NCBI GenBank assembly: GCA_035279705.1
Contig: DATEHG010000069.1
Location: forward strand, 6,091 to 70,090
Reading direction: 5' to 3'
From: Gemmatimonadales bacterium
GTDB lineage: Bacteria > Gemmatimonadota > Gemmatimonadetes > Gemmatimonadales > GWC2-71-9
DNA length: 64,000 nucleotides
The notes beneath the pieces are model-generated. The model saw only the letters and a list, made by a program, of their open reading frames with translations. It was not told where the DNA came from and searched no databases. Each line of letters opens with the position of its first letter. Position 1 is the first letter of the stretch. Positions 34,275 to 43,456 of the stretch are shown here, in pieces. The position numbers and the translations under genes are program-made.

Positions 34275-35176
34275 GCCTCGAACCGCATGCCGTCATCCCC
34301 CACGACCCAGCCGGCAGCCTCGACTGCCGTGCGTTCCTGCGACCGCTCGACCAGGACCGGATTGCTGTTGTTGATGTGAGTGTAGACCCGCCGGGACGGC
34401 GCGAGCGGTGTCACGATATCGAGGCTTCCACCGGTGCCACTCATCGGCAGATGCCCCATGGCAGCCGCGGGACGGTCACTGATGCCGAGATCCATCAGCT
34501 CGCGCTCGGACCAGAAGGTGCCGTCGAAGAGGAGCAGCGTCGCATTCCCGAGGCGCTCACGCAAATCGGCGTCGACACCGCCGCACCCCGGCACGAACAG
34601 GAGCCGGGCCCGGTTCGGGCCGCGGACGTCGAGGCCCACCGTGTGGCCGGGCAGATCACGACGGGCAAAGCGGGGCGGATCGCCCGGAACCCCGAACGCC
34701 TCCGCGATAAGACCGCTGGGCGCGCCGTCGCGCAGCAGCAGTGGTACCGCCTGGCCGAGGCCAAGCTCGTGCCAGCGGACCGCCGCAAAGGCGCTGGTGA
34801 CCGGCAGCAGCCGCGAATCCTCCTCGAGCACCGCCTTGACCGCGCCGGTCGACCACAGCTGGAGGGTTCTCGCTTCGCGCAGCAGCGCCAGGCCCATCGT
34901 GTGGTCGAGCTCGGCGTCGGTGGTGACAACGCCTTCGAACCCCGCGTGCCGGACACCCTCGGGGATTCCGTTCTGCAGGCGCCCGAGCTGGTCGCGGACA
35001 TCCGGTGAGGCGTTGAGCAGGAACCAGTGACGGCCGTCGGCGCTCACCGCCGCCGACGACTGGCTGCGGGGGTGGGCGCGCGCAGGATCGGCCCGGCCGA
35101 TGCGGCAGACCGGGCACCAGCAATTCCACTGGGGAAATCCGCCGCCTGCCGCGGTTCCGAGCAGGATGACGTGCAT
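34271..35176 (-). CDS. pqqB: PQQ biosynthesis protein PqqB (metallo-beta-lactamase fold)
   Basis: 301 aa: MHVILLGTAAGGGFPQWNCWCPVCR… , …SAAVSADGRHWFLLNASPD… and …YTHINNSNPVL…, all typical of PqqB. Confidence 0.9.
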   Translation of the reverse strand: MHVILLGTAAGGGFPQWNCWCPVCRIGRADPARAHPRSQSSAAVSADGRHWFLLNASPDVRDQLGRLQNGIPEGVRHAGFEGVVTTDAELDHTMGLALLREARTLQLWSTGAVKAVLEEDSRLLPVTSAFAAVRWHELGLGQAVPLLLRDGAPSGLIAEAFGVPGDPPRFARRDLPGHTVGLDVRGPNRARLLFVPGCGGVDADLRERLGNATLLLFDGTFWSERELMDLGISDRPAAAMGHLPMSGTGGSLDIVTPLAPSRRVYTHINNSNPVLVERSQERTAVEAAGWVVGDDGMRFEA

Positions 35177-35179
35177 GGC

Positions 35180-35208
35180 TGAAGAAAGGGGCCGCCCCGC
35201 GCGGGGCG
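35180..35208 (-). terminator. GC hairpin plus pyrimidine tract in the 36-nt gap between the hybrid kinase and pqqB
   Basis: Minus strand CGCCCC-GCGC-GGGGCG followed by GCCCCUUUCUUCAGCC-AUG(pqqB). Confidence 0.4.
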
Positions 35209-35212
35209 CAAG

Positions 35213-38209
35213 TCAATCCCGGATGGTCTGGTGCGGCGCGCTGGTGCGAGACTGCGGACTGCCGGGGGGGCCGTTGAGCAGTTCGCGCACCTTGAGGCGG
35301 AGCGACTCGGGCGTGAACGGCTTCTGCATGAAACCATACCCCGCACGATCCTCCCGGCGCACCAGGTCATCGGGGCTGTAACCCGAGATGAAGAGCACTC
35401 GCAGCCCGGGAAGCGTGGTGGAGAGCTCCGCCGCGAGGTCGGGTCCACGAAGGCCCGGCATCACCACGTCGGTCACGAGCAGCGCGATCGATTCCCGATG
35501 CACCGTGGCGAGACGCCGGGCTTCGGATGCTTCAGCGGCTTCGAGAACGCGATAGCCTGCCGAACTCAGGGTGCGCTGGGCCACGGCGCGAACCGGTGCC
35601 TCGTCTTCCACCAGCAGGATGGTTTCGTGGCCGCCCTGGATCCGCGGCGCCTCGACCGGCCGGTCGCCGGACTCTTCGGGTCCGGTCGCGGGAAGACGGA
35701 CTCGTACGATCGTGCCGCTGCCCGGGCTGCTCTCCAGTTCGATGGAGCCGCCCGCCTGCTGCACGATGCCGTAGACGGTGGCTAGGCCGAGGCCCGTGCC
35801 GCGGCCCAGCTCCTTGGTCGTGAAGAAGGGCTCGAACGCCCGGGCCTGGACCTCCGGTCCCATGCCGACGCCGGTGTCCTCCACCGTGAGGAGCACGGCG
35901 GGCTGGGTTTCGGCGCCGACCGTGCGCGTGTGACTGGTCCGGATGGTCAGGGTCCCGCCCCGTGGCATCGCGTCGCGCGAGTTGACCGCCAGATTCATCA
36001 CGACCTGTTCCAGGTGTCCCGGGTCGGCCAGGACCCAGGCGCCGGAGCGTTCCAGGTGCGTCACCAGCTTGATCTCCTCGCCCAGCAGGCGACGGAGCAG
36101 GTGCGACATCTGGGTGAGCAGGGCGTTGAGTTCCACCGGCCGCGGCTGCGCCGACTGGCGGCGGCTGAAGGTGAGCAGCTGCCGGGTGAGGCTCGCTCCC
36201 CGCTGCGCCGCGGTCTCGATCTCGCGGGCCTCGTTCCGCAGCGGCGAGCCGTCGGGCAGGTCCTCGGCCAGCAGCGCCGCCGTGCCCAGGATCGCGGTGA
36301 GGAGGTTGTTGAAGTCGTGCGCGATTCCGCCCGCAAGGAGGCCCACCGCCTCCAGCTTCTGTGACTGGCGCAGCTGATCCTCCAGCCGGCGGCGCTCGAC
36401 TTCCGCCGCCAGTCGCTCGGTGATGTCGCGCATGTGGCAGATGACGCCGGCGCCTGCCGGCGTGGGCTCGAGCGAAGAACCCACCAGCTCGGTGACCGCC
36501 CATCCGCCGTCCTGCCGGTGGATCCGCATGATCGCGGTGACCGCGCCGTTCGCTTCCCGCGTGGCCCGCGACAGCGCCGCCGCCGCGGTCTTGCGATCCT
36601 CGATGTGAACAAGATCCAGCACCGGACGCCCCTTGAGCGTTTCGGGGGCGTAACCGGTGAGGCGCTGCGTGGAGGGGCTGGCGAACTGGATCACCAGTCC
36701 GGGATCCAGCAGGACGATGGCATCGCTGGCGTGCTGCACGATCGAGCGGAAATACGCCTCGCTTCGGGCCAGCGCCTGCTCCGAGGCTACGCGGTTCGAA
36801 ATGTCAGTGAACGCGATGACCGCTCCCTCGGACCGGCCGTCGCGGACCAGCGGCGTGGCCTGGAACTCGATCGGAAAACCTCGGCCGGCGCGATCCCAGA
36901 ACCAGTCACGGCCCGACAGCACACTTCCCTCGGTACGGACCTGCACCATGGGGCAGGTCTCCGGCGGATAGGGCGACCCGTCCGCATGCGAATGGTGGAA
37001 CAGGGCGTGCGCATCGTGACCGATCAGCTCCTGGGGGGCCCGGAAGCCCAGCATCTGTGCCGCCGCCGGATTGGCAAACATGATCCGCCCCGCTGCGTCG
37101 AGCCCGTAGATCCCCTCCGCGGTGGAATCGAGCAGGCTCCGCACCTGGCCCTCCGAGGTGCGTACCTGGTGCAGCAGTTCCGTCAGCGTCTGCCGGTTCC
37201 ACCACTCGAGGCCCCAGGTGAGTCCCACCAGCACCACGGCCTGGATCACCAGGTACGGCCACAGGTCGACGGCGAGATTGTCCCGCAGCAACCACCCCGC
37301 GACCACGACCGCCAGCATGGCCAGGGCCGGGATCGTGAGCTCGAACGCCCGGGGGCGCTCGCGACGGATCGGGTATTCCGCGCCCGCTGCCGCCGGCTCA
37401 GGTTGCGTCGCCGCATCGGCCCAGGCCGCCCAGAACGTGCACGCCAGCAGCACCAGCCAGAGGGGGGCTGTGACGTAGTTGGGAATCTTGGTGGGGGAGA
37501 GCAGCTGGATCGGATAGGTCGAGCGGGCCAGGAAGTCGACGGCGACTCCGGCGACAAGCACCCGGAGCGGAAGCCCCGGCGTGCGGTCCTCGAGCCAGAT
37601 GGTGAGCAGTCCGAAGATCAGCGCGGTGACGGCCAGCGCCGGATACAGAATGGCGGCGCCGATCTGGAGCGGATCGAAGCCGCGCTGGCTCATCGGCGCG
37701 GCGAACACGAAGGTGTTCACCATGCCCGCCGAGCAGACCAGGATGCCGAGATAGTACAGCTGCCGGACCGTGACGCGGCGGGATGGCGCGGCGGGCCGGA
37801 AGGCGACGAAGCCCGCGATGTAGCAGGCGGGCACGAGCAGATAGAAGAAGTCGGCGGCGGTGGGAAAGGGCCAGTAGCGGTGCTGGACGAGCTCGAACCA
37901 GTCCCACACGAGCATGCCCAGGCCGAACACCGCACTGCCGGCGCCGAAGCAGCTCCAGGCAAATCGGAGATGCGGAGTCGTGTGCTGGCGGGCGGTCAGC
38001 CAGGCCCGGGTGGCCGCGGCGATGGCGGCCAGGGTCCAGAAGAGATCGACCCAGAGAGAAAACCGGGACCGCGTGTCCCACAGGAAGTAGCCGCCGACGG
38101 TGAAGGCGGCCACATAGATCAGCGAGCCGGCTGCGACCAGCCACCGGGTCCGCCTCGGGTCCACCCCCATTGCCGCAGTCCTCCCCCGCTCCGGGTTCGA
38201 CCTCGACAC
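35213..38209 (-). CDS. Hybrid sensor histidine kinase: approximately 10-TM N-terminal domain, 3 PAS, HisKA-HATPase, C-terminal REC
   Basis: 998-aa ORF (alternative start at 38170). About 330 aa of membrane domain, then PAS repeats, the H-box LAGGIAHDFNNLL, the HATPase motif GVGMG…GTGLGL, and REC (LLVEDE…LVTDVVMPGLRG…QKPF). Confidence 0.9.
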   Translation of the reverse strand: MSRSNPERGRTAAMGVDPRRTRWLVAAGSLIYVAAFTVGGYFLWDTRSRFSLWVDLFWTLAAIAAATRAWLTARQHTTPHLRFAWSCFGAGSAVFGLGMLVWDWFELVQHRYWPFPTAADFFYLLVPACYIAGFVAFRPAAPSRRVTVRQLYYLGILVCSAGMVNTFVFAAPMSQRGFDPLQIGAAILYPALAVTALIFGLLTIWLEDRTPGLPLRVLVAGVAVDFLARSTYPIQLLSPTKIPNYVTAPLWLVLLACTFWAAWADAATQPEPAAAGAEYPIRRERPRAFELTIPALAMLAVVVAGWLLRDNLAVDLWPYLVIQAVVLVGLTWGLEWWNRQTLTELLHQVRTSEGQVRSLLDSTAEGIYGLDAAGRIMFANPAAAQMLGFRAPQELIGHDAHALFHHSHADGSPYPPETCPMVQVRTEGSVLSGRDWFWDRAGRGFPIEFQATPLVRDGRSEGAVIAFTDISNRVASEQALARSEAYFRSIVQHASDAIVLLDPGLVIQFASPSTQRLTGYAPETLKGRPVLDLVHIEDRKTAAAALSRATREANGAVTAIMRIHRQDGGWAVTELVGSSLEPTPAGAGVICHMRDITERLAAEVERRRLEDQLRQSQKLEAVGLLAGGIAHDFNNLLTAILGTAALLAEDLPDGSPLRNEAREIETAAQRGASLTRQLLTFSRRQSAQPRPVELNALLTQMSHLLRRLLGEEIKLVTHLERSGAWVLADPGHLEQVVMNLAVNSRDAMPRGGTLTIRTSHTRTVGAETQPAVLLTVEDTGVGMGPEVQARAFEPFFTTKELGRGTGLGLATVYGIVQQAGGSIELESSPGSGTIVRVRLPATGPEESGDRPVEAPRIQGGHETILLVEDEAPVRAVAQRTLSSAGYRVLEAAEASEARRLATVHRESIALLVTDVVMPGLRGPDLAAELSTTLPGLRVLFISGYSPDDLVRREDRAGYGFMQKPFTPESLRLKVRELLNGPPGSPQSRTSAPHQTIRD

Positions 38210-38257
38210 TCCGACTGATCCTACCGCGCCCGCGGCGCGGCGCCAGCCCCGGAGGTC

Positions 38258-39844
38258 CTAGTGGGCCGCACCCCCGCCGCTGCGGACGCGCCCGGTCTTG
38301 AAGAGCAGCAGCAGCGGAAGCGAGAGGATGAAGGTGGCACCCATGATCAGGAAGACCTTTTCGAACGCGATCATCGAGGCCTGGCGCTCGACCCGGAAGT
38401 CGAGCACCGCCATGGCCCGCTGATGCGCCAGCGAAATATCCGCCCCGAGGGCCTGGAACCGGCGGGTCAGCCCGTCGACCAGCGGCTGGACCTGCGGAGC
38501 CGCGGTTTCGACGTGGGTCCTGAGCGCCTCGCGGGCATTCTCCCGGAACCGGGTGATGAGCGTGGCCGAGATGGCGATCCCGAAACTGCCGCCGAGCTGG
38601 CGGCTCAGGTTGTAGAGGCCCGTGCCCTGCGGAATCCGCCCCGGCGCGAGGTTGGCCACCGCGACGCCGGTGAGCGGAACGAAGATGAACCCGAGGCCGG
38701 TGCCGCGGAGAATCATCGGCAGCAGGAGATCGGCCGTACCCGAGTCCGTGGTGAGGTGGGCGTGCAGCCACATCGACCAGCCGAACAGTCCCACGCCGAA
38801 CACGATCATGGCCCGGGCGTCCACCTTGTTCCCCAGCCGGCCGACCACGGCCATCGTCACGGCGCTCGCAATGGCGCCCGGCAGGATGACCCGGCCGGTG
38901 TCCCAGGCTCCGAAGCCGAGCAATGACTGCAGGAACACCGGCAGGACGAACACGCTGGAATAGAGCGCAAAGCCCAGGACGGCGCCGAAGATGACGGCGG
39001 CCGCAAGCTGCCGGTCCTTGAGGATGTGAAGGTCCACCACCGGGTGCTCGGTGCGGAGCTCGTGCCAGATGAACAGCACGATGCTGGCGCCCGCCACGAT
39101 CGTCTCGGCCAGGATTTCCTTCGACGCAAACCAGTCCTTCGACTCACCCCGCTCGAGCAGGATCTGCAGCGCGCCGATGCCCAGGATGAGGAGCCCCAGG
39201 CCGATCCAGTCGACCGACTCGCCCCGTTCCACCTGGTGCGCCGGCTCCGGCACATAGCGCCAGGTCATCATGGCGGCCAGGGCGCCGAGCGGAAGATTGA
39301 TGTAGAAGATCCAGGGCCAGGAAAAGTTGTCGGTCAGCCAGCCGCCGAGCGTGGGGCCCAGCGTGGGGCCGACCATCACGCCCATGCCGAAGATGGCCAT
39401 GGCCTCTCCGCGCTCCTCGACCGGGAAGACGTCGAACAGAATGGCCTGGGCCGTCGAGATCAGGGCTCCGCCCCCCAGCCCCTGGATGACCCGCCACCCC
39501 ACCAACCCTTCGAGGGTGTGCGCGTGACCGCAGAAGAAGGAGGCGGTGGTGAAGAGAATGATCGAGCCGGTGTAGTAGTTCCGCCGGCCGAACCGGTCGG
39601 CGAACCAGCTGGTCACCGGCAGCACGATCACGTTGGCCACGATGTAGCCGGTACTCACCCAGGCGATCTCGTCCAGCGTGGCGCCGAGATTCCCCATCAT
39701 GTGCGGGATGGCGACGTTCACGATGCTGGTGTCCACCAGCTCGAGCACGCTCGCCATCACCACCGCAATGGCGATGATGTAGCGGGCCTGGTAGACCGCG
39801 TCGCGATCGACGACGCGTCGGGCGGGGAGGACCAGCGTGGCCAC
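38258..39844 (-). CDS. MFS efflux transporter, DHA2 (EmrB/QacA) family, 14 TMS
   Basis: 528 aa: …LDTSIVNVAIPHMMGNLGA…WVSTGYIVANVIVLPVTSWFADRFGRR…. Confidence 0.9.
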   Translation of the reverse strand: MATLVLPARRVVDRDAVYQARYIIAIAVVMASVLELVDTSIVNVAIPHMMGNLGATLDEIAWVSTGYIVANVIVLPVTSWFADRFGRRNYYTGSIILFTTASFFCGHAHTLEGLVGWRVIQGLGGGALISTAQAILFDVFPVEERGEAMAIFGMGVMVGPTLGPTLGGWLTDNFSWPWIFYINLPLGALAAMMTWRYVPEPAHQVERGESVDWIGLGLLILGIGALQILLERGESKDWFASKEILAETIVAGASIVLFIWHELRTEHPVVDLHILKDRQLAAAVIFGAVLGFALYSSVFVLPVFLQSLLGFGAWDTGRVILPGAIASAVTMAVVGRLGNKVDARAMIVFGVGLFGWSMWLHAHLTTDSGTADLLLPMILRGTGLGFIFVPLTGVAVANLAPGRIPQGTGLYNLSRQLGGSFGIAISATLITRFRENAREALRTHVETAAPQVQPLVDGLTRRFQALGADISLAHQRAMAVLDFRVERQASMIAFEKVFLIMGATFILSLPLLLLFKTGRVRSGGGAAH

Positions 39845-39848
39845 GGAA

Positions 39849-40961
39849 CTACCGGGTCTTGATGGTCACGACCACGGACATGCCGGGCCGGAGCGGGAAC
39901 CTGGGATCGGCATGATCCACCGCGATCCGCACCGGCACCCGCTGCACCACCTTGGTGAAGTTGCCGGTGGCGTTGTCGGGCGGCAGCAGCGCGAAGCGGG
40001 CGCCGGTCGCCGGGCTGATGCTCTCGACGTGCCCCTGGAACTCCTTGTCGGGGTACGCGTCCACCTTGAACGTGGCCGCGTCCCCCGGGGTCACGTTCTC
40101 GATCTCGGTTTCCTTCAGGTTGGCCGTGACCCAGATGGTGTCCGCCGGCAGCAGCGACATCATCGTCTGACCCGGTGAAACCAGTCCGCCCACTTCCACC
40201 GTGCGCCGGGCCACGACACCGTTGGCCGGCGCCGTGACCACCGCGAAGCTGAGCTGGAGTCTGGCATTCGCCACGTTGGCCTCGGCCGCAACCAGGCGGG
40301 CATCCGCCACCCGGGCCCCCGCGGAGTAGGCGGTGACCTGCTGCTGGCTCGCGGCCGCGCTCTTCTTGATCGCCTCGAGATTGGCCGCGGCCGCGTCGGC
40401 CGTGGCCTGGGCCCCGTCGAGCTGCTGCGCCGAAATGATCTGGCGCGCGGCCAGCGTCTTGTACCGCTCCAGGTCCGCCTGCGCCTTGCGCGAGTTGGCC
40501 TCGGCGGCGGCGATGGAGCTCTGCATGCTGGCGGCCTGGGCCTCGCTCGCCCCGAGCTGCGCCGCGGCCTGCCCCGTGCCCTTGCCATGTCCGGCCTGCG
40601 CCGCGGCGAGTTCGGCCTCCGCCTGGCGGAGCTTCACCTCGAGATCACGGTGATCGAGCACGACGAGCGTATCGCCCTGCTTGACCGGCTGGTTGTCGTC
40701 CACCCGTACCTCGGCCACGAAGGCCTGGATCCGGGCGGCGACCGGGGTGACGTGACCCTCGATCTGCGCGTTGTCGCTGGAGACCCGGTTCCGGGAAGCG
40801 AGGTACTGGCGCAGGCCCCATCCGGCGACGGCGAGGGCGAGCAGGCCGGCGATCAGAGCGGCCGGTGGCTTGCGCCGGGCCTTGGGCGCCGCCGGTACGG
40901 CGTCGCCCGCGGACTCGACGGTCAGCGGCTGGGGACGGGAAAGGGGAGTGGCCATGGTCAT
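39849..40961 (-). CDS. HlyD/EmrA-family membrane fusion protein
   Basis: ATG 40961 or 40955. N-terminal TM anchor, a long coiled-coil (…LRQAEAELAAAQA…), a barrel-sandwich region and a C-terminal …NFTKVVQRVPVRI…. Confidence 0.9.
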   Translation of the reverse strand: MTMATPLSRPQPLTVESAGDAVPAAPKARRKPPAALIAGLLALAVAGWGLRQYLASRNRVSSDNAQIEGHVTPVAARIQAFVAEVRVDDNQPVKQGDTLVVLDHRDLEVKLRQAEAELAAAQAGHGKGTGQAAAQLGASEAQAASMQSSIAAAEANSRKAQADLERYKTLAARQIISAQQLDGAQATADAAAANLEAIKKSAAASQQQVTAYSAGARVADARLVAAEANVANARLQLSFAVVTAPANGVVARRTVEVGGLVSPGQTMMSLLPADTIWVTANLKETEIENVTPGDAATFKVDAYPDKEFQGHVESISPATGARFALLPPDNATGNFTKVVQRVPVRIAVDHADPRFPLRPGMSVVVTIKTR

Positions 40962-40974
40962 TCTCTCTTTCGTG

Positions 40975-42291
40975 CTATTGCAGGTCATCCAGGATGCCGA
41001 GCGCCCGGTAGGCACTCAGACGGGCGACACCGAGCGCGACTCGGGCCTGAATCAGAACGTCTCGCGACACCACCACACTTACCTGCGCGTTGCTGGTCTC
41101 GATGCTGCTGGCGATGCCGGCCTTGAACCGCTCGCCGGCCTGGTCCAGTTCCAGCGCTGCCAGGCGCAAACGATCCTGGGCCAGCCCCACCTGCTGCCGC
41201 GCCGCCTGCAGGTCCAGCAGCGCCTGGCGGGTTTCCGTTTCCACCTGGCGCTCGGCGTCATGCAGGCGCAACCGCTGGGCGTCCACCTTGGCATCCTGCT
41301 CGGAGGCGCGGGTCTGCCGCTTGAGTCCGTCGAAGATCGGCACCGACACCTGGACCCCTACGGCGTACGTCCCGCTCAGCCGGTCGAGCGTGTTGCCGCT
41401 CTGGGTGTACTGACCCATGGCGCCGATGCTGGGAAGGTTCTCGTACTTGATGGCCTTGAGGCTTCGCTCGGTGACTTCGAGCCGCTGCTGCTCGGCCATG
41501 ACCTCGGTGCGATGCGCCAGCGCAAAGGCGACGGCACTGTCCGGATCGGACAGCACCGCATCGCCCGACGGCGCCAGCGAATCGGTCAATTCCACGGAGG
41601 CCGACGGCGGGAGGTCGAGCGCCCGGGCCAGTTCGAGCCTGCTCCGGTCCTTCAGGTTGCGGGCGATGACCAGCTGGGTCTTCACCGCGGCAAAGTTCAC
41701 GCTGCTCCGGGTCGAATCGATCGGCGGGCTCACCCCGGTAAGCACCAGCTGGCGGGACTGATCCAGCAGGTCCGCCGCGATCACGCTGTCCGCCAGACGC
41801 GCCGTGACTGCCTCGGCGGAGCCCAGCGCACGGATGTAGGCGATGCCGGCAGTCACGGCGCCCTGCTCACCGGCGGTGCGGGCATCGAGACCGGCGGCCT
41901 TGACCGAGTCCGACGCCGCGTGATTCCGGGCCCAGAGGCTCGCGTTGTAGATCGACTGCGTGGCCTGGACCTGGAAGGACCAGACATCGAACGGGTCGGT
42001 GATGCCCGTGACGCCGGGGAAACCGAACTCGTCGAAGTTGAGCGTCTGGTGCGCCACACGGGCATAGCCCCCGACCGTGGGCAGCAGGTCGCCCCGCTTC
42101 TGGCCCTGGCGGGCCTCGGCGATCTGCACATTGATCTGCGCCAGTTCGGCGCCGATGGCCTGCGTGCGTCCCAGCTTCACGGCCTCGATCAGCGACAGGC
42201 GCGAGGGCGTCAGGCTCGCGACCGGCACCTGCGCGGACAACGGCGCGGCGAGGAGCAGCGCGGAGAGAGCGAACTTCAACGGGCGGTGCAT
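40975..42291 (-). CDS. TolC-family outer membrane efflux protein
   Basis: 438 aa with a signal peptide and the duplicated OEP repeat architecture. Confidence 0.85.
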   Translation of the reverse strand: MHRPLKFALSALLLAAPLSAQVPVASLTPSRLSLIEAVKLGRTQAIGAELAQINVQIAEARQGQKRGDLLPTVGGYARVAHQTLNFDEFGFPGVTGITDPFDVWSFQVQATQSIYNASLWARNHAASDSVKAAGLDARTAGEQGAVTAGIAYIRALGSAEAVTARLADSVIAADLLDQSRQLVLTGVSPPIDSTRSSVNFAAVKTQLVIARNLKDRSRLELARALDLPPSASVELTDSLAPSGDAVLSDPDSAVAFALAHRTEVMAEQQRLEVTERSLKAIKYENLPSIGAMGQYTQSGNTLDRLSGTYAVGVQVSVPIFDGLKRQTRASEQDAKVDAQRLRLHDAERQVETETRQALLDLQAARQQVGLAQDRLRLAALELDQAGERFKAGIASSIETSNAQVSVVVSRDVLIQARVALGVARLSAYRALGILDDLQ

Positions 42292-42292
42292 G

Positions 42293-42967
42293 TCACTCCT
42301 TCGGGGCGCCGGGAGCGCCCGCCTTCAGTCCACGCAGCATGAGCTCGGAGACTCCATCGAATACCTCGGCGTCGCTGAACGTCACGCTGTCGAATTCCTT
42401 GAGGAACCGCTGATTGCTGGCCCACTGCACCAGGGCGACGCAGATGGTCCGGCCGACCAGATCGGGATTCACCGGGGCGAATTCCCCGCTGCGGATGCCG
42501 CGCGAAATGACCTGGGAGACGATTTCCCGGGCGGGGATGACGACTTCACCGAAGTAGAAGCGGGCCAGCTCGGGAAAGTTGGTGATCTCCGAGTGCACCA
42601 GCCTGGACAGCCGGACCTTGCTCTCGTCCCGCATCCCGCGCCACAGCATGGCGATGATCTGGCGGAGCAGTGCTTCGCTCGTTCCCGTATGCTGCCGCAC
42701 CGTTTCGCGGAACTGCGTGATCGCGGCGCCAACCTTGTTGCGCACCATCTCCTGGAAGAGCGCTTCCTTCGAATCGAAATAGAGGTAGACCGTTCCCTTG
42801 CTCACTCCCGCCTGGCGGGCCACATCCTCGAGCCGCGTCCCCGCATAGCCACGCTCGCCGAAGACGAGCAGAGCCGCCTCGAGTATCTCGGTGGGCCGCT
42901 CATCGGGACGCCGCTGCCAGCGCGGCGAGCCCTCGTCGGTGGAGTTCAATTCGGTTTCGGCACTCAT
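42293..42967 (-). CDS. TetR/AcrR family transcriptional regulator
   Basis: 224 aa with the N-terminal HTH …FGERGYAGTRLEDVARQAGVSKGTVYLYFDSKEALF…. Confidence 0.9.
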   Translation of the reverse strand: MSAETELNSTDEGSPRWQRRPDERPTEILEAALLVFGERGYAGTRLEDVARQAGVSKGTVYLYFDSKEALFQEMVRNKVGAAITQFRETVRQHTGTSEALLRQIIAMLWRGMRDESKVRLSRLVHSEITNFPELARFYFGEVVIPAREIVSQVISRGIRSGEFAPVNPDLVGRTICVALVQWASNQRFLKEFDSVTFSDAEVFDGVSELMLRGLKAGAPGAPKE

Positions 42968-42981
42968 CTCAGTCGCCTTTG

Positions 42982-42999
42982 TTACTGACGGGTCAGTAA
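42982..42999. promoter_or_regulatory. Perfect 18-bp palindrome, candidate TetR operator
   Basis: TTACTGAC-GG-GTCAGTAA lies 15 nt upstream of the tetR ATG. An extra half-site GGTCAGTAA occurs at 43032..43040. Confidence 0.65.
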
Positions 43000-43456
43000 G
43001 TTAACGAGCCGGATTTCCTTGTCAACCCGCCGGTCAGTAACGGCAATGTATTGTGCTGTAACGGCTTAGTGTGGGTAGAATTCGGACAGACGAGCTAGGC
43101 TGAGGGGCTGGAGTCAGAAATCGAGAGACAGGCGGGCTCGAACGAAGGCGGGTCGAGAGCTACCTGAGCGTCGAACGGCCGGTGCGGGTGCAAAGACAGT
43201 GAGGATGGGAAACCGGACGCGCACCAGCTGGATCGATCGTGCCCGGAGGGAGCCCTGTTCCTGACGCCGATCCGACCTGGCGACGCCGGCGGTTTGCGCC
43301 GCCGGACCGGCTCATTCCGCCCGTGTCGATTTGCGGCGCCGTTCGTCAACCCACTCCAGCAGCAGGGGTTGGCGCGCAGCTCGTGACGTGCAGTCTCTTG
43401 CTTGAGGGCTCGACAGTTCATATGTTGAGAGAACTCGCCGCCGGAGGCGCCGCTGC

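Noticed and set aside
36434-38218. 594-aa plus-strand ORF
   Set aside because: It is antisense to the N-terminal membrane and PAS region of the 998-aa hybrid histidine kinase, and its composition is implausible.
43095-43421. 108-aa minus-strand ORF and 73-aa plus-strand ORF (43239..43460) in the tetR/TPR spacer
   Set aside because: There is no RBS and no domain. The composition is Arg/Pro/Ser-rich and typical of non-coding high-GC sequence.
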